From Tubiluchus corallicola (Eukaryota > Animalia > Priapulida): 64,000 nucleotides of DNA. The notes below the pieces were generated by a model. It did no database searches. It saw only the letters and a program-made list of their open reading frames with translations, and had not been told where the DNA came from. Where the stretch lies: positions 186,001-250,000 of the forward strand of contig JAQGDQ010002377.1 of assembly GCA_030141605.1 (NCBI GenBank), read 5' to 3'. Shown here one piece after another: positions 1-14,500 of the stretch; within the stretch, counting starts at the first letter, position 1; every line of letters begins with the position of its first letter. A program made the translations under genes and the position numbers.

Positions 1-70
1 AATTATCATTGGTAAAGCTGGTTGCTTATTTGAAAACTATTCTAAAGCATTTTAAGCTATTTTTGTAATA

Positions 71-370
71 CATAGGAACCTCGACTTATGAAAACCTTAT
101 TATACAAAAAATTCAGAATACGAATCGGGTTTCGAAGAAATTTCCGTCCCAGTTAAACGTTCAAGATACGAAAACGAAAATCGAAAGTGCTGCCCGACAG
201 CGGTACTCCCAGAATGCATTTCGTAGCATCACGTGAACGCTTTGTTGCGCTCTTATCTCACGTGAACGCATTCTATAACCATGGGTCCGAAAAAATCAAG
301 TGCCAGTGGCAGTGATAAGAAGAAAAGGATGATGTCGATGGAAACAAAGCTTGAAATTATAGCTAAATAT
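71..370 (+). mobile_element. Tigger/pogo-type DNA transposon 5' remnant (degenerate left TIR plus transposase N-terminus) in a CBP intron
   Basis: TA-CATAGGAACCTCGACTTATGAA resembles a Tigger left TIR. ORF 281-475 begins MGPKKSSASGSDKKKRMMSMETKLEIIAKY, typical of the psq/CENP-B-type HTH start of Tigger transposases, then loses similarity. No right TIR was seen. Confidence 0.65.
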
Positions 371-2556
371 GGCCAAATCGTGGGTCGAATTCCCTTTTTG
401 CAATGGGTCGATGGTAATAATCCACATTTATTTCAATTAACCAAAGTCAGCCATATTGTCAATAAAACCTGGTAATTTTTGTTAACAGGTTATTTTTAAG
501 GCAACATCCTTTGGTAACATCATCTAAATGACAACTCCTTTCCTGTACAGAGCATTTAATTTTGTAAAAAGTACGAGCAAACTTGACTTGACTTTTTTTA
601 TAAAGTATTATATTTATATTATTGTATCTCCATAAAAATGCTATGCCATAAAAACTACATAACAAAAGATCGGTTACACAAGCCAAATACAATGAGAACA
701 GATTTTAAGTTACATAAATTTTTGAAATTTCCGTTTCTGCATTACTAAAATTGTGTCTGCAAGGCTTTATAGAATTTTGATTTATCTATGTATAGGCCTC
801 AAAGTAAGCTGTTAACTTTTTCCTTCGCTTTTGGATATAATATAGCATGCATTATTAGTGCACATGTAGTAGAATATCAGTGCAGTTCCTATTAAGTAAA
901 AATAGGAACATTAAAGGCCTATATAATCCCTACAGACATTGAAATTTTTTTAACACATTATTATGGTAAAGCAAAGAAGTCGTAGTTATTATTATTAAAA
1001 AAACATAAATTAAATAACTTACCTTTTTCTGGCGAATTTTGAATGCATACATCGCCATGTTTCGTGTCTTTGGCGCAAGTGAGCAAAAATGATGTACGAG
1101 ATACAAAAAGCGTCTTTGGTTACCGATATTTGGTGACTGTGTGACTGTACTCATTAAGTTGTTAATTTAATATGGCTGACAATCAAGTGATAAAAAATTA
1201 AGAGTGACGAGTTTTACAGTAAGTTTATAATAAAATAAATTGAATATTCATATTGAGAGTAGGATATTAAGTTGTAAAAGCGTATATAATAGTGAGGGTT
1301 TAGTTTGACTTTAATGAAGTGAGAGCATGCGTGCTGGTTAACTACACAATCATTATCACCACATTTGTTGAACATGCATATACACTAAAATTTGATCTGT
1401 GCATTGCGTCAATGTGTCGGGATTGGCAAAAACATATAATCTGAATTTATGTTTAGAAAACGTTCGACAAGAGCAGTGACATTTTTGGGTTTTTATTCTT
1501 CATAGGAGTTTTCTTTTCTAATAGCACAAAAATTAAAGCATAAACAATTATCACACCACAATCAAATCAACATGCGATTCCTGAAAATCAAATCAAACTG
1601 CCTGTGGTTGTGATTAAACATTCAATTTTTTCGTTCTTAACTCCGCACCACGGTTTAACGGCAAGATGCAGTATCTGCAGCTTCCGTAATACAAGCTTAC
1701 GTAGTGCTATGTATGTTAAAGGTTTCCCCTGATCATGTGTATGTGGGAAATACGCAAGTTCCTAAAGCTAGTAAAAGAATTCTTGAACAGAAATTTTTCG
1801 CCGAGAGTGCCAAAAATCCTAATACACATGCTGTCTGAAATATTTTTTCAGTTAAAATTTAATACATTTGAACATTAAAAAAAATTTACTTGTTTGTATT
1901 ACCAAAAAGGCAAATTAATGCTTAGCAAAAGCTATTCTGTGCTGAACGGAAGTATAATAGCTGATTTCTCACGGCATGTGCTGATCGACCAAAATTAAGC
2001 AATACCAGACATAACTAGTAAGTGAGTGAGTGTATGTGTGAATCTGCTGTACTGCCTCACGACTATTATCACGTTGATATCGGAAATACAGTATATGCTT
2101 TCAAAACTGAAACTTCGAATACCTCTACAAAATTAAATGTTTCATTTTATAGCATTTTTGTTGATTATGACTGTGACTGTCAAGATTATTACCTTGTTTA
2201 TGAGCTAGGTCACTATTACCCAAACTTCAACGTTAGTGAGCATTCATAACTTAGTCATACAATAAAGCAAGCATCTGTTTAGTAAAATTCACACAGTACC
2301 TCTTGGGTTTCAGAATGTTTGCAGCTAAGCTTCATACAAAGCAAAAATGTAAACAAAAATTGAAAAGTCTTAATTTTTCAGCAAATGTATACATAATGTA
2401 CAGATTGGACAGAGGATTCCTGGATTTGATTTAAAACAACCAAAAAATTCAAATCTGGCAAAGTTGTATCTGGTACTTTTGTATAATTTTAATTGCATAC
2501 ACGTAGTCCCGCATAACGCCTAGTACGACATTATAAACTAATTCTTTTTGTTTTAG

Positions 2557-5500
2557 ATGGTTCATATCCATCATCCTGTATTCCAAGTGTGGACAGTGAG
2601 ATTTTGTGTAATCCACCTGCACCCACCTTGCCAAATGTGCGACCGCATCAGCCCGGGGTGTCGCATCAGCCAACTCCATATAACATGCCTGCACAGTCAG
2701 CAAGCACCCAGTCTCTTATGTCACCACCTTTGCGGCACATGATAGAGCAAACAACTAATGGAGGAAATTTTAATGTTGCATCTTCGATGGGGCCTGCATC
2801 AAATCAGGTAGATTAAATTTAATTCTTTTTGGTATGTTTGCATTATTAGAGAATTCGGTAATGTAGCATCACCTTAACCAAAGAAAATGCATAATATATC
2901 AATTTGCTGGCTCTGTTAAATTTTATTGTGTTATCACTTTTCAGCAACACTTAAACTGACATCTGTAAAGGGAAAACATTAATTAAACAATGGTGCTTTT
3001 ATTTTCCAAACAGTCCTACTTAAGGGAATGTGTATAGCAAAAAACACATTTTATTCTGTAGGTATCTAATATGGTTCCTTCATCAGATTCAATGTTAAAT
3101 GGAACAGCTACTGGTTTGGGGAATTCTCAACCATCTGAATTATCAAACAATATGGAGGTATGGTGCTTACACAGTTGCTCATTTTTTTAACATTGAGACA
3201 GTAGTCCTAGATTTGTGTTGGCTTACTTTTTTATTTTCCCTGTATACACTTGTCTGTAGCACTTTGCGTTTCTGTTTTCCAGTATGATAAGATTGAAGCT
3301 ACCCTTCACTTGCAGCGGCTGCAAATGCAACAACAGTTTCAGCGTCAATATCCGACGTCTCAGTCAGCAGTATCGACCATGCCTATGTCAACTGAAAATC
3401 AGCAGCAGTCACAGCGTGCACTTTCTGGGCAGCAGTCTCTTTTTTCTCCCCTCCCTCAACAGGCACAAAAAGTGAGGGTTTATTTATAGTTCCAGCTACT
3501 ACTTTTTATAGCTAAAATTTTATTAGTCAAAATTTTTGACATATTTCATTATTGGTTCAACATTAGTAGTTTCAAACTTTTCTTACGTGTATCAGAAGAA
3601 TAATTTAATAAAAGAACAGTATTATTTTTAATATATAAATACTCAATGTCAACATAATTAATAATGATTTTGTGATTTGCAGGGTGGCAGTACGCAAAGT
3701 TCACTAATGGGCGGAAATACACAGTCTTGCCTGAGTCAAAATGAAATCAAGCCGGAAGTGAAAGTAGAGGTTAAACAAGAGGTTATAAGTGATAACTTTC
3801 AGGAGCAAATTGGCGAGCAACAGCCAGAAGAGGTCGGCAACAGTGTTAAATCAGGACAGGAATCGCTGGTTAAAACCGAGACGGGTGACAGTGACGTTTC
3901 CACTAACAGTTGCAGTGATGCAGTTCAAGTAAAAGAGGAACCTGTCTCACCATCAGTATCCAAGCCAAAGCATAATAAAAAAGGCAATTATTTATCAGCC
4001 GACAATTTACTATTAAATTTATAACAATGTTTATGTCACCAATTAAGTACAAAATAGAAAACTCTAGTAGTAGTATTTTAACATAATTTGCTTATAATAA
4101 CAGGGTTCCCACGGTCAGGGAAAATCCTTGAAAATACAATCTATCCTGGAAAGTCAGGGAAAAGATAATTTGGTAAAAAGTCAGGGAAAGTGATGAAAAT
4201 GGCGCAAAAAGTCAGGGAAATTGGAAAGGGCTGCAAAAATAATCACCGTGAACAAGTATTTTTCCAAACATATTTTTCAGCGATTAGTGTTCAAATAAAA
4301 TGTTGCTATGGTAGGCTCCCAGTTTCGATTTCTGTTCCAAAAATAATGATTGGCAGACACATTATATATCAGTATATGTATGAATGTCCATATCCAAAAA
4401 TGTTTGAATGTTTGACTGGTAATGCAATTCCTGCTTCTCTTTATCATAGAAAAGCAATATTTGGTCAGACAAAAGTCATGAAAGAGTCAGGGAAATTTAT
4501 TTTAAAATTCTGTGGGAACCCTGTTATAGTTAAGATTAATTTTATTCTCTTTTTGGTATTCAAATCACCAGTAGTTAAACACAAAATAGAGCATTGTAAG
4601 TTGTCTTACACACATTGCAGGTTTAAAGTTTTCAGAATTCAGTCATACACTTAGCATACTTAATTCTCTCTACACCATGAAGGGCATAAGCCCGTGACAC
4701 TCGTCTTCCAAACCCTTCTGTTTATTGCCACTGCTTTGACTGCACTCTAGCTCTTTCACCCTGCGTAACTCCTTTCTGCTTCCATTTTGCCTTTTTACAT
4801 GTTGTTCTTGGTCTACCTCTTGCCCTTCTTCCTTCCAATTCAATTCCATCTCTTCTTCCTAAGTTCATCGCGCACTGCATTAATCCGCATGCTGTTTGCC
4901 ACCTCCAGATTTGTCACCAGCTCCTGTCATCTAGTACTTAGTATCCTTCTCAGGCACAAACTGGAATGCCCCAAATTTCTTTTTCTCTGTCTTTGCCATC
5001 TTGAATGCCTCATTTCCATACATTAACACTGACCTCAGTACTTTGAATTTATTTTAGTCTGCCCTAATGCTCCTTGCTTTCTAGATCTTGTCAAGTCTTG
5101 TGTGTTGCAATGCTGTGCTTAACCTACTAATTATATCTTGTGTTCCTCCACTCATGATTGACATTGTTACTTTCAAATATACGCATGTAGCCATAGCTAA
5201 GATTAATTTTATTCTGTTTAGTATTCAAACCAGACGAACTCCGTCAAGCCTTGATGCCAACGCTAGAAAAGCTCTGTCGACAACCGGAGTCGATTCCATT
5301 TCGGACTGCTGTCGATCCCGTGTTGCTCAATATTCCAGTAAGCAGTTTTACTCAGCAATTTATTACACTTCTTATTTTTTATTCCAAATAGCTATTTGTG
5401 CTCTGTTTAAAACAGTAATAATAATGATAATTTATTTTTTACGAGCAATACACTGCGTCTCATCACATTAATATGAAATACGATTAGTCGTAAATTTTGA

Positions 5501-8500
5501 AAATTAAATACAGACTTGAACTACAGTGGATTCTCGTTACAAGAATCACACGTATAAGAATCAGCTCGATATAAGAATCAAAATCGCGTTTCCCGAATTG
5601 AATTGGCATTTTCCTAGTGAAAATCCGCTCGTATAAGAATCACCCTTCTTTCGATAGTAGAATCAATTTTGGCACCAACTCCATTGTCTCTCATGACCTG
5701 TTTACATGGTTCTGCGCAGTGGGCGTGGCGGACACCACAGAGATTTCAAATTTGTTTGTTTGCGTGTCAGTCAGTTGAAAAATGGCATCCAAACGGAAAA
5801 CCAAACTCGGATTGGTGGCACGAGGCTTCGAGGACAACCTTCAATTGAAACGGCTGGGAGCCGAAATTGACCGCCTCACCAGAGGAGAAATGAAGCAAAG
5901 CAAGCTATCGATATTTTTCAAGCAGTAGTAGTAGTTTGTAGATGTAGAGTTTTCTGTCATCTCCAGCACAATTTCGGAAAAAAAATTATGTGCATTAAAA
6001 AAATTTTAAGGCAATTCTGGCATCATGAAATATTTACCCAACCATTAAATAAAAACATTAGTCTAGGAAGTTTTAGGTCCTTTTTAGGCCAGAAAAACAT
6101 TATGCTGTTTCATGTCGTTTCTAGCGTAATTTCGGGAAATAAATAATTTTATGTGCATAAAAAAATTTTAAAGCATTTCTGGGTCATGCTCGTTATAAGA
6201 ATCACTTTGCCTTCTCCCGAGGTGATTCTTATAACGAGAGTCCACTGTACTAGTAAAATGCTATCAATACAGGTCAAAAACAGAAAACCAAACATTCTAA
6301 AACAGTAATAGATTAGCAGCACACTCAAAAAATTTTTTAATTAGATTGAAAAATATTTTATATAATAGCAATCAGGTGAAATGAAAATTAAGTGAAATTA
6401 CCTAGATTACTTCTGGTTGCAAGTGTGTATTAAAATGTCTAATATAAAAACGAGGATGAGACAAATCTAGTACAAATAGTTACTACAGTGTTTATGAAAT
6501 TCTAAACAGGTATGTCTTTAGTCTTTGCTTAAAACAGTCCATTGTTTTGCTGCCGCGTAGATGACGGTAATCTGTTCCAGAAATGTGCCGCAAATATAGT
6601 TAACTATTTTTTGTAGGATTATTACGACATAATCAAAAACCCAATGGATCTCTCGTGTATAAAACAAAAACTGGACACTGGTCAATACAAGAACCCATGG
6701 GAATATGTAGACGATGTCTGGTTGATGTTTGACAATGCTTGGGTGTATAATAAGAAAAACACCAGAGTTTACAAATTCTCCTCAAAGGTAAGTCTGAATT
6801 ACGTGATATTGACTTTCTCTATAACTGTTGTTAATTAAAATTATTACTAATAATCTTGCTAAATGTCCATTAAGATTCAAGCACATTTTGCAGGTATTTG
6901 AGTATTGAGTTTCTCTAGAATATTGACATTATTTGGAACTGATAATAATCATGATAAATGTAGTGTGTGATTTACGCATTTACCTCTGGCTGATTGCTAA
7001 TTCATTTCTCTTGAAATAAAGAATTGCAACCTAATTATTTTTTACTGTGCTTTGCAGTTAGCAGAAGTATTTGAACAAGAAATAGATCCGGTCATGCAGA
7101 GTCTTGGATTTTGCTGTGGCCGGAAATGGGTCTTCCAACCCCAATCTTTGTTTTGCTATGGGAAGAATTTGTGCACTATACCACGTGATGCTATTTACTA
7201 CAGTTATTTAAACAGGTATACTTTACAAAATTATTTAAAAGCTTGTATTTTGCTAACATCACACTAGGTACCAACTTGGTAGTAATTCAGCACTTTTATA
7301 TTAACTTCAAAGTTCTTTCATTGAACATTTATGCCTAGCTAGTATATTTAGTTTGTGTATTCAACTTGTCAGTCAGTCAGCCAGTCAGTCATTTGCCCGG
7401 CTGTCATGTGAAAATTCCTCTTCTTTCTGGTGCATGAGGTCATTGTTGAGTAGTTGCTTAACTACGCTCTCTGCATGTTCGCTTTGTACTTGAATTGGAA
7501 TAAAAGGTGTGCATGTATTGCTGAATTTGGATTGTTAATCTGCATATGTTGAATATTGATTGATTGAATTTCATGAATAACTCTAGTGAAATTTTTCATT
7601 TTGCTGTTCAACCAATTTTTAAAATTTTTCCCTCCCGAAAATTTCTGTCAATGCAAATAATATTGGAAAAGATATTGCTAAATCAGTGTTGTGTCGAGCT
7701 AAACGATGAGTAGGTAGGTTTTCTTATCAATCTTTATTTCCTAAGGGAAGCAGCAATAATATTGCAGTGATTAAAAAATGAATTAACTTGAACTTATGGA
7801 AATACTAGTTTTGTAAATATTATGTGTCATTTAAAAACATGTCAGTAAAGTTTATATCTACCTAATAAAATTTAAAGTGAATTTTTCAACTCACAATCTT
7901 ACTTTCTAATAATTTATAATATATATTACAAGTTCTGTGCAAATGCAAACAAGAATACAGTTGCCAATGTTTTTCCTTTTTGCTGTCCGACAAAAAAAAT
8001 CTGTGTGAAATTAAATAGTAAACAGTGAGTTCACAAACTGCATGTTTCTCAGAAATTTTTTTGTTAAACTGGGCAATTTGAATTGAGGGTCCATTTCCTA
8101 CCGTATTGACGATTGTATGTGAATGAGAGGTGTAATTCAAATTGTGTTGAATGAGGTGCCTGATAAGTTGCCTTTTTGTATTGGTTCTTGTTTTTAGCAT
8201 AATTTTTTACTAAGCTGGCCCGTGAGTTGTAAAAGTACTGCATGTGTCGTAAATATAGTATACATCAGAACACTATGTCTGCTTGGTGCATTTTTGTAGA
8301 TGAGATTTTCACCTTTTTCATTTATGAGTGTTTGCATTAGCACTGTATAAACAATTCTTGCTGTAGCTGAGGTTTTATATATTGTATATATTGTTTCAAA
8401 CAACAAACAATAAAGGCAAGGAAATTTCCCCTGAAACACAACCTTTACGTGTCAAAATGCTATTATGCAATTTCTTTATAAAGTAGCGAAATACATAGTC

Positions 8501-11500
8501 GTGTGATTTGCTCTAGGGAAATGTAATGTTTTGTAGCTCTAGTTCTAGTTGTTTTTATTTGTTTGTGTGAGCATACTAAAACATTTGTTTTTCTTAATAC
8601 ATACACAATTATACTTTATGGGGTATTACTTTTCTGTTTTTCCAGTTTGTGTTTTATATTGTTTTTAAATTTTTCTTGCTTTTGTAGTTACTGGAGCTTT
8701 CTAACTTTGCATATGTTTTGTCTGTCTTTGTTTCATGTGCTTGCACGCTTTGTGCTTGCTCCCATTAATTTGTCCCTGGCCGGGCTCATGTCATGACTGT
8801 GCTGCCCTCGTGTAACAATAAAGTCAAAGAAAATTGGGACTTCTCTATGACAGATATGTGTACTGCCAGCGGTGCTTTTTGGAGCTTCCTGGAGAAACGG
8901 TGACACTGACCGATGACCCTTCACAACCACAAACGTGAGTTATTGCTATTACATTTCCTTTAATTGTAAAAATTTATGCTGTCAGCATACAAAGTTCTTA
9001 CAAAATGTACATACAGTTCCATTAATGGTTCAACATATTTGTTGTATCATTGGTAATTTCTAGGTTATCCAGTAATAGCATGTAAAAAAATGCCTTTCTT
9101 TGTACAGGCTTTAAAAGGATTGTTCTTTAGGAGCAATCCCAGAACTTTGCCACCGGTGATAGTTAACAATAGTTAGCAATTAATAACCTGACAAAACAGT
9201 GTTTCACAGGTTCTAATTTTAGTTTTTGACAATCAGTCAGCCATAGTTAAGCTAGTTTCTATCATATACCATCGTCGACTCATCATAAAGTTTTGCAGTC
9301 AGGTCAGACAGTCCGAACACCACATACTATGTTGTGCTAACTCATCGCGAAAGTCTACTAATTGAAATTTCTTTATTTTCACAAGATAACTAACTGTTGA
9401 AATGAATCGAAAGTAGGAAACAAATATTAAACTGAGTTTCTCAAAATATTTCGCCTTGGGAGCCTGGAATATATTATTTCCATTTCAACAAAAAAGGTTT
9501 GTCAGATTGAATGAAATAGGCAAAGTTTCTCTTTCGTAATTGTATTACACAATCAGAAATCGTACTAAAATAAAATAATTAAGCACTTTGTCGAATAGCT
9601 GACCTTCTTTTGACAAAATATGTATATTAAACACATTTCTCTTTACAGATGTATAACTAAGTCAGAATTTCAAGAGAAAAAGAATGATCAGTTAGAATTG
9701 GAAGCGTTCGTTGACTGTTTGGAATGTGGCCGTAAGCTGCATCAAATCTGCTCCCTGCATTTTCCACAGATCTGGTCTGGGGGGTAAGTTACTTCTGTGT
9801 GTAACTCATCTATTTTGTTTTGTTCTCGTACTGGCTAGGTTTCCACTGGTAAATCTCATAACTAAAAGTAGTGAATTCTTAAATTCCAAGAAGAGTACAC
9901 AATTTTTGTTTTCAGTTAGCAGTAGTGTATAGTAACTAAAAGTATTTGTAGTCTTAGTCAACTAAAATTTATAATTTCACTTTGTTGAAGATATTTTTGT
10001 GGGTTGAAAAATACTTTGATATTCATGTTTTACAGTTGTGATCATTTTGATCAAACAATTACTAATTAAATGAATTTTCCAGATTTGTCTGCTCCTTGTG
10101 CTTGAAAGCAGCAGGACGATCCCGGAAAGAGAACAAGTTTAATTCAAGACGTAAGTTCTGTGGTGAACCGACTAATGTCATAATGACATAGTTATGACAA
10201 TAACTATAACTTATAATGATATCACGATAGAAATTATTTTTGAAATATTACTTCTATCTAATAAAATGGTGAATTAAATGCTAATTTTCTACGACTGCTT
10301 TCAAGTTCACCAGTTAATTAAACATTCTTTTTGTAGGAACTTTGTGTATAAGAAACTTTTCATAACTTCTTGTTGCTTGGTTTTACTTCATTATTTAGAG
10401 CAAGATGCTTTTTATTGATCCCATTTATACCTATGTCTGTTTTATGAAGTTATTGATAGATAAATGCGGTTGCATCACAAATATTCAAATTTCTCTTATC
10501 CTGTAGTTGCTTTCCGTTTCAGCAGTTAGCAATTTATCTCTTCTGTTTTTGCATAGGTCTGCAGAGTACTCAATTGGGTACATTTATTGAGAATCGGGTG
10601 AACAAATTCCTGAAAGCCAAAGGCTGCGTCGGTAGCGAAGTGACCATTCGGGTCGTTTGCAGTTCTGACAAGGTTGTTGAAGTTAAACCAGGGATGAAAG
10701 CAAAGTAGGTTATGCAGCATTTCCTTTTTGAGAAGCCTGTTTGCTTGTTTGACTTTTTACTTTGTTGAAGAATACTATAAGTAGTTTTACAATGATTGTG
10801 TTTAATTCTTCATATTTTAATAAATGCATTCAGTGCACTAACAGGTTGATTACCAGGAATGAATACATTATTATTATTGCTCCATTAGTGTCTTGAATAT
10901 ATGATCACTTTATGAATGGAAAACTTTAAAAAGCACTGTGTAAAACAAATTTGTATTTCTTGGTATTAAACAATTTTTGACATGAGAACGATAAAAAATT
11001 TTATATTGTTTGAAAATTGCAATGTGTCATTTTCTGTTGCAAAATATTGCTTTGGCAAGCAGTAATTCGTATTATTAACATTCCCTTATTATTTTGCTAC
11101 AGATACACTGATGAAAACCTTTTTTCTGATTCATTTCCGTATCGGGCAAAAGCTCTTTTTGCTTTTGAAGAGATTGATGGAACCGAGGTGTGTTTCTTCG
11201 GAATGCACGTACAAGAGTATGGGCCAGATGCTCCACAGCCTAACACACGGTAAAAAAAACTTGAACATTTTTGTTAAGCGATGTGAAGAAACATATTGTG
11301 TAATATATTGTGTGCACTGTATACTGCAACTTTTATTTTGTACTGACAATATATTGAAGTTGCATCTCCTAACTAAGTTTTTATTTTTCATAGGCGTGTC
11401 TATATATCATATTTAGACAGTGTGCATTTCTTCCGACCAAGGGAATATAGAACAGCCGTGTACCATGAAATTTTAATTGGCTACATTGAATTCGTTCGGA

Positions 11501-14500
11501 AGCTCGGGTATGTTTGTTATATTGTTTATTTTTCTCGGTAAATCCGTACATAGATTAATTGGTTGGAGAATGAAAATCTGAATTTGTATCAAACTTTGGC
11601 AGATACCTATGGGCACACATTTGGGCATGTCCACCAAGCGAAGGCGATGATTACATCTTTCATTGCCATCCACCTGAGCAGAAGATTCCCAAACCAAAAC
11701 GTCTACAAGAATGGTATAAGAAGATGTTAGACAAATGCAAAGAAGAGCAAGTCATAATTGATTTTATGGTAATTACCTTAATGATGATAGTAATACTTGA
11801 ATGTGTATATCTAAATGCCGCTTATGTTGTTACTGAAAGCCATCATTACATTAACGTCCGTTACTTCGCTTGCAGTTAATACCATTATAAATGTATTTTT
11901 TAAACTGATGATACCAGTGACACACTAAATACATTTATAACTTATAGGATATCTACAGTGATTGTCAACAAAACAACATGACCACCGCCACCGATTTGCC
12001 CTACTTCGAGGGTGACTTCTGGCCCAATGTGCTCGAAGAGAGCATTAAGGAGCTAGATCAGGAGGAGGAAGAGAAACGGCGACGCGAGGAGGCAGAAGCG
12101 CTGGAAGCTGCTGCCACTGCTGCTCAGGTGATGGAAAACAATGGGGAATCAAATGATGGCATCGATATGATGGAGGTAAGGCAGTCAGTTTAAATATTGG
12201 TGTCTATATAGTTGTGTTCGAATTCTGCATATTGAAAATTTTGCATATAACTTGTCTGATACATATAACATGTGTTCAATATGTATTCTGAATTTTAGCC
12301 TCTGAATCCCAATGGCAAGAAGAAAGGCAAGGGCTCAAAGAAGAAGTCAAGTAAATCTAAATCCAGTCAAAGGAAATCTAGTAAGAAGAGTCTAAGCACA
12401 GTTGGATGTGACCTGTCCCAGAAGGTTTCCAGTGTAATGCTCAAACATAAGGAGGTAAAACACTACATGTAAATGCATGAAAATGGGAAATCTCACATTT
12501 GGTTTTAAAAAATTTTGGAAGCTTTATCAATTTTGTGTGTGCATTTGTTTTTGAAGTTAGATTTTGAAACTAAATATGTATAACTACCTAATTTTTGTGC
12601 CAAACATTATTCAGCCACAAGAATTTTTTATATTATTCAAAATTTCTTCTCGCTTTATAGGTGTTCTTCGTTATTCGGTTGCAACCATTAGACTGGGATC
12701 CTAGCCCCATAGTTGACCCTGATCCTTTAATTTCGTGTGATCTGATGGATGGTCGTGATGCCTTTCTCACCGTTGCTCGTGAGAAACATCTAGAATTTTC
12801 GTCTCTTCGCCGTGCCAAATATTCAACAATAGCAATGTTGTACGAGTTGCATACTCAGGGGCAGGATCGTTTTGTTTACACATGTAACAGCTGCCGAGTG
12901 TCATGTGAAACGCGTTACCACTGTGTTGTATGCGAGGTAATAATGTTTGCACTGCACATTGTTTGTTTTCTTGTGTTTATTATTTTTTCGGCTGTTTGCA
13001 AATGAACCAAATGTGGTCTGACTCACTGAGTCAACTAAAACCTGACAGTTATCCGTACTTTTAATATTCATGGGTGATTTAGAGTGTCATACATTGGGGA
13101 TGTTTATCTATACATACGTTTTTAATTTAGGCGTTATTGTGTGTTTATTACAGGACTTTGACTTGTGTGTACAGTGTTACCGAACTTCAGGACATGAGCA
13201 CAAAATGGAAAGACTTGGGCTGGATTTAGATGATGGTCAGAATGCAAGTGGTGACAAAGCCAATGGTCAAGACTCACGCTATCAATCAATCATGCGTTGT
13301 ATTGAGTCACTGGTGCACGCTTGTCAATGTCGGGACGCCAACTGTCGCAATACTAGCTGCAAGAAGATGAGACGAGTTGTGACGCATACTAATTCGTGTA
13401 AAAAGAAGGCTACCGGTGCTTGTAATATATGTAAACAGTTGATTGCCTTGTGTTATTATCATGCTAAATTATGTAGAGTAGAAAGATGTCCTGTGCTCTT
13501 CTGCCCTAATATCAAGATAAAATTAAGACTACAGCAGCAACAGCAAAGAATGCAGCAGGTAATGTACTTAAAATTAAATAGCGGTAGAAAGTATTTTTAA
13601 TGACGAAAATAATGAAATGTACAATTGACAGTAAAGGCAAAGCGTTATTCATATTTGTGATATATTTACACAGCAGTGAACAGTTTTGTAGTATAGCAGT
13701 AATGTGTCTCAAAAACTTATATTCTACTCCACAATATGTTTAGAATGAATAAATATAATAAATGAGAATAGAGCAAGAATTGTGATAATCGTCTTTGGTA
13801 ACTGATGTTGAAAACTTCCGACTTTAGTGTACATTTGAGAAAGTGTGTGATTTAAAATTTATGCCTTGATATTTGGTATGCATTGCTTATACTCAAATGT
13901 TTTTCTATTGTACTATGCTTTACAAATTCGCCTTATTCCATCACTGTTGGCATATAACACAGCTTTGTGCTACATTTATTAGATTTGAACTTTGTGTATG
14001 ACTAACTCACTTGTAACAATGCTACCACATTGTTGGTTTTATTAATACTTTGAGTGATTTTTTTTACATTTTTGTCTTCAGGAGCAACTGATGCGTCGAC
14101 GGATGGCTATTATGACAAGACAGATCAGTAATAATTCGAACGACAGTGCTTCTTCCACCCCGCAGCCTTCAACGCCACAGTCGTCTCGCACTCCTGTTAA
14201 TGCGCTACCACCGCACTACCAAAACAGTGCCGCAATGAAACCAGAAATGAATGGCAAACCTGGAACACCACCAGTTGGTGCCCTTCATGCTGCCGAGCAG
14301 GTACATTTTATCAACTATTTCATGAGACTAATGTAAATAATTATCTAGTGTTTTTTATTTGTATTGTGCACATTTGGTTTTTATTACCAGAATTGGTGAT
14401 TTTATAACACAATTTTGAAGATTAAAATTTCCAAATGAAATCCTTTATGAAGCACTGAGAAAACTCACCTAATTCATTGTCATCAACTAAGCAATAAACT

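Noticed and set aside
4190-4654. 154-aa plus-strand ORF
   Set aside because: Lies mostly inside a MITE in a CBP intron; no recognisable protein features.
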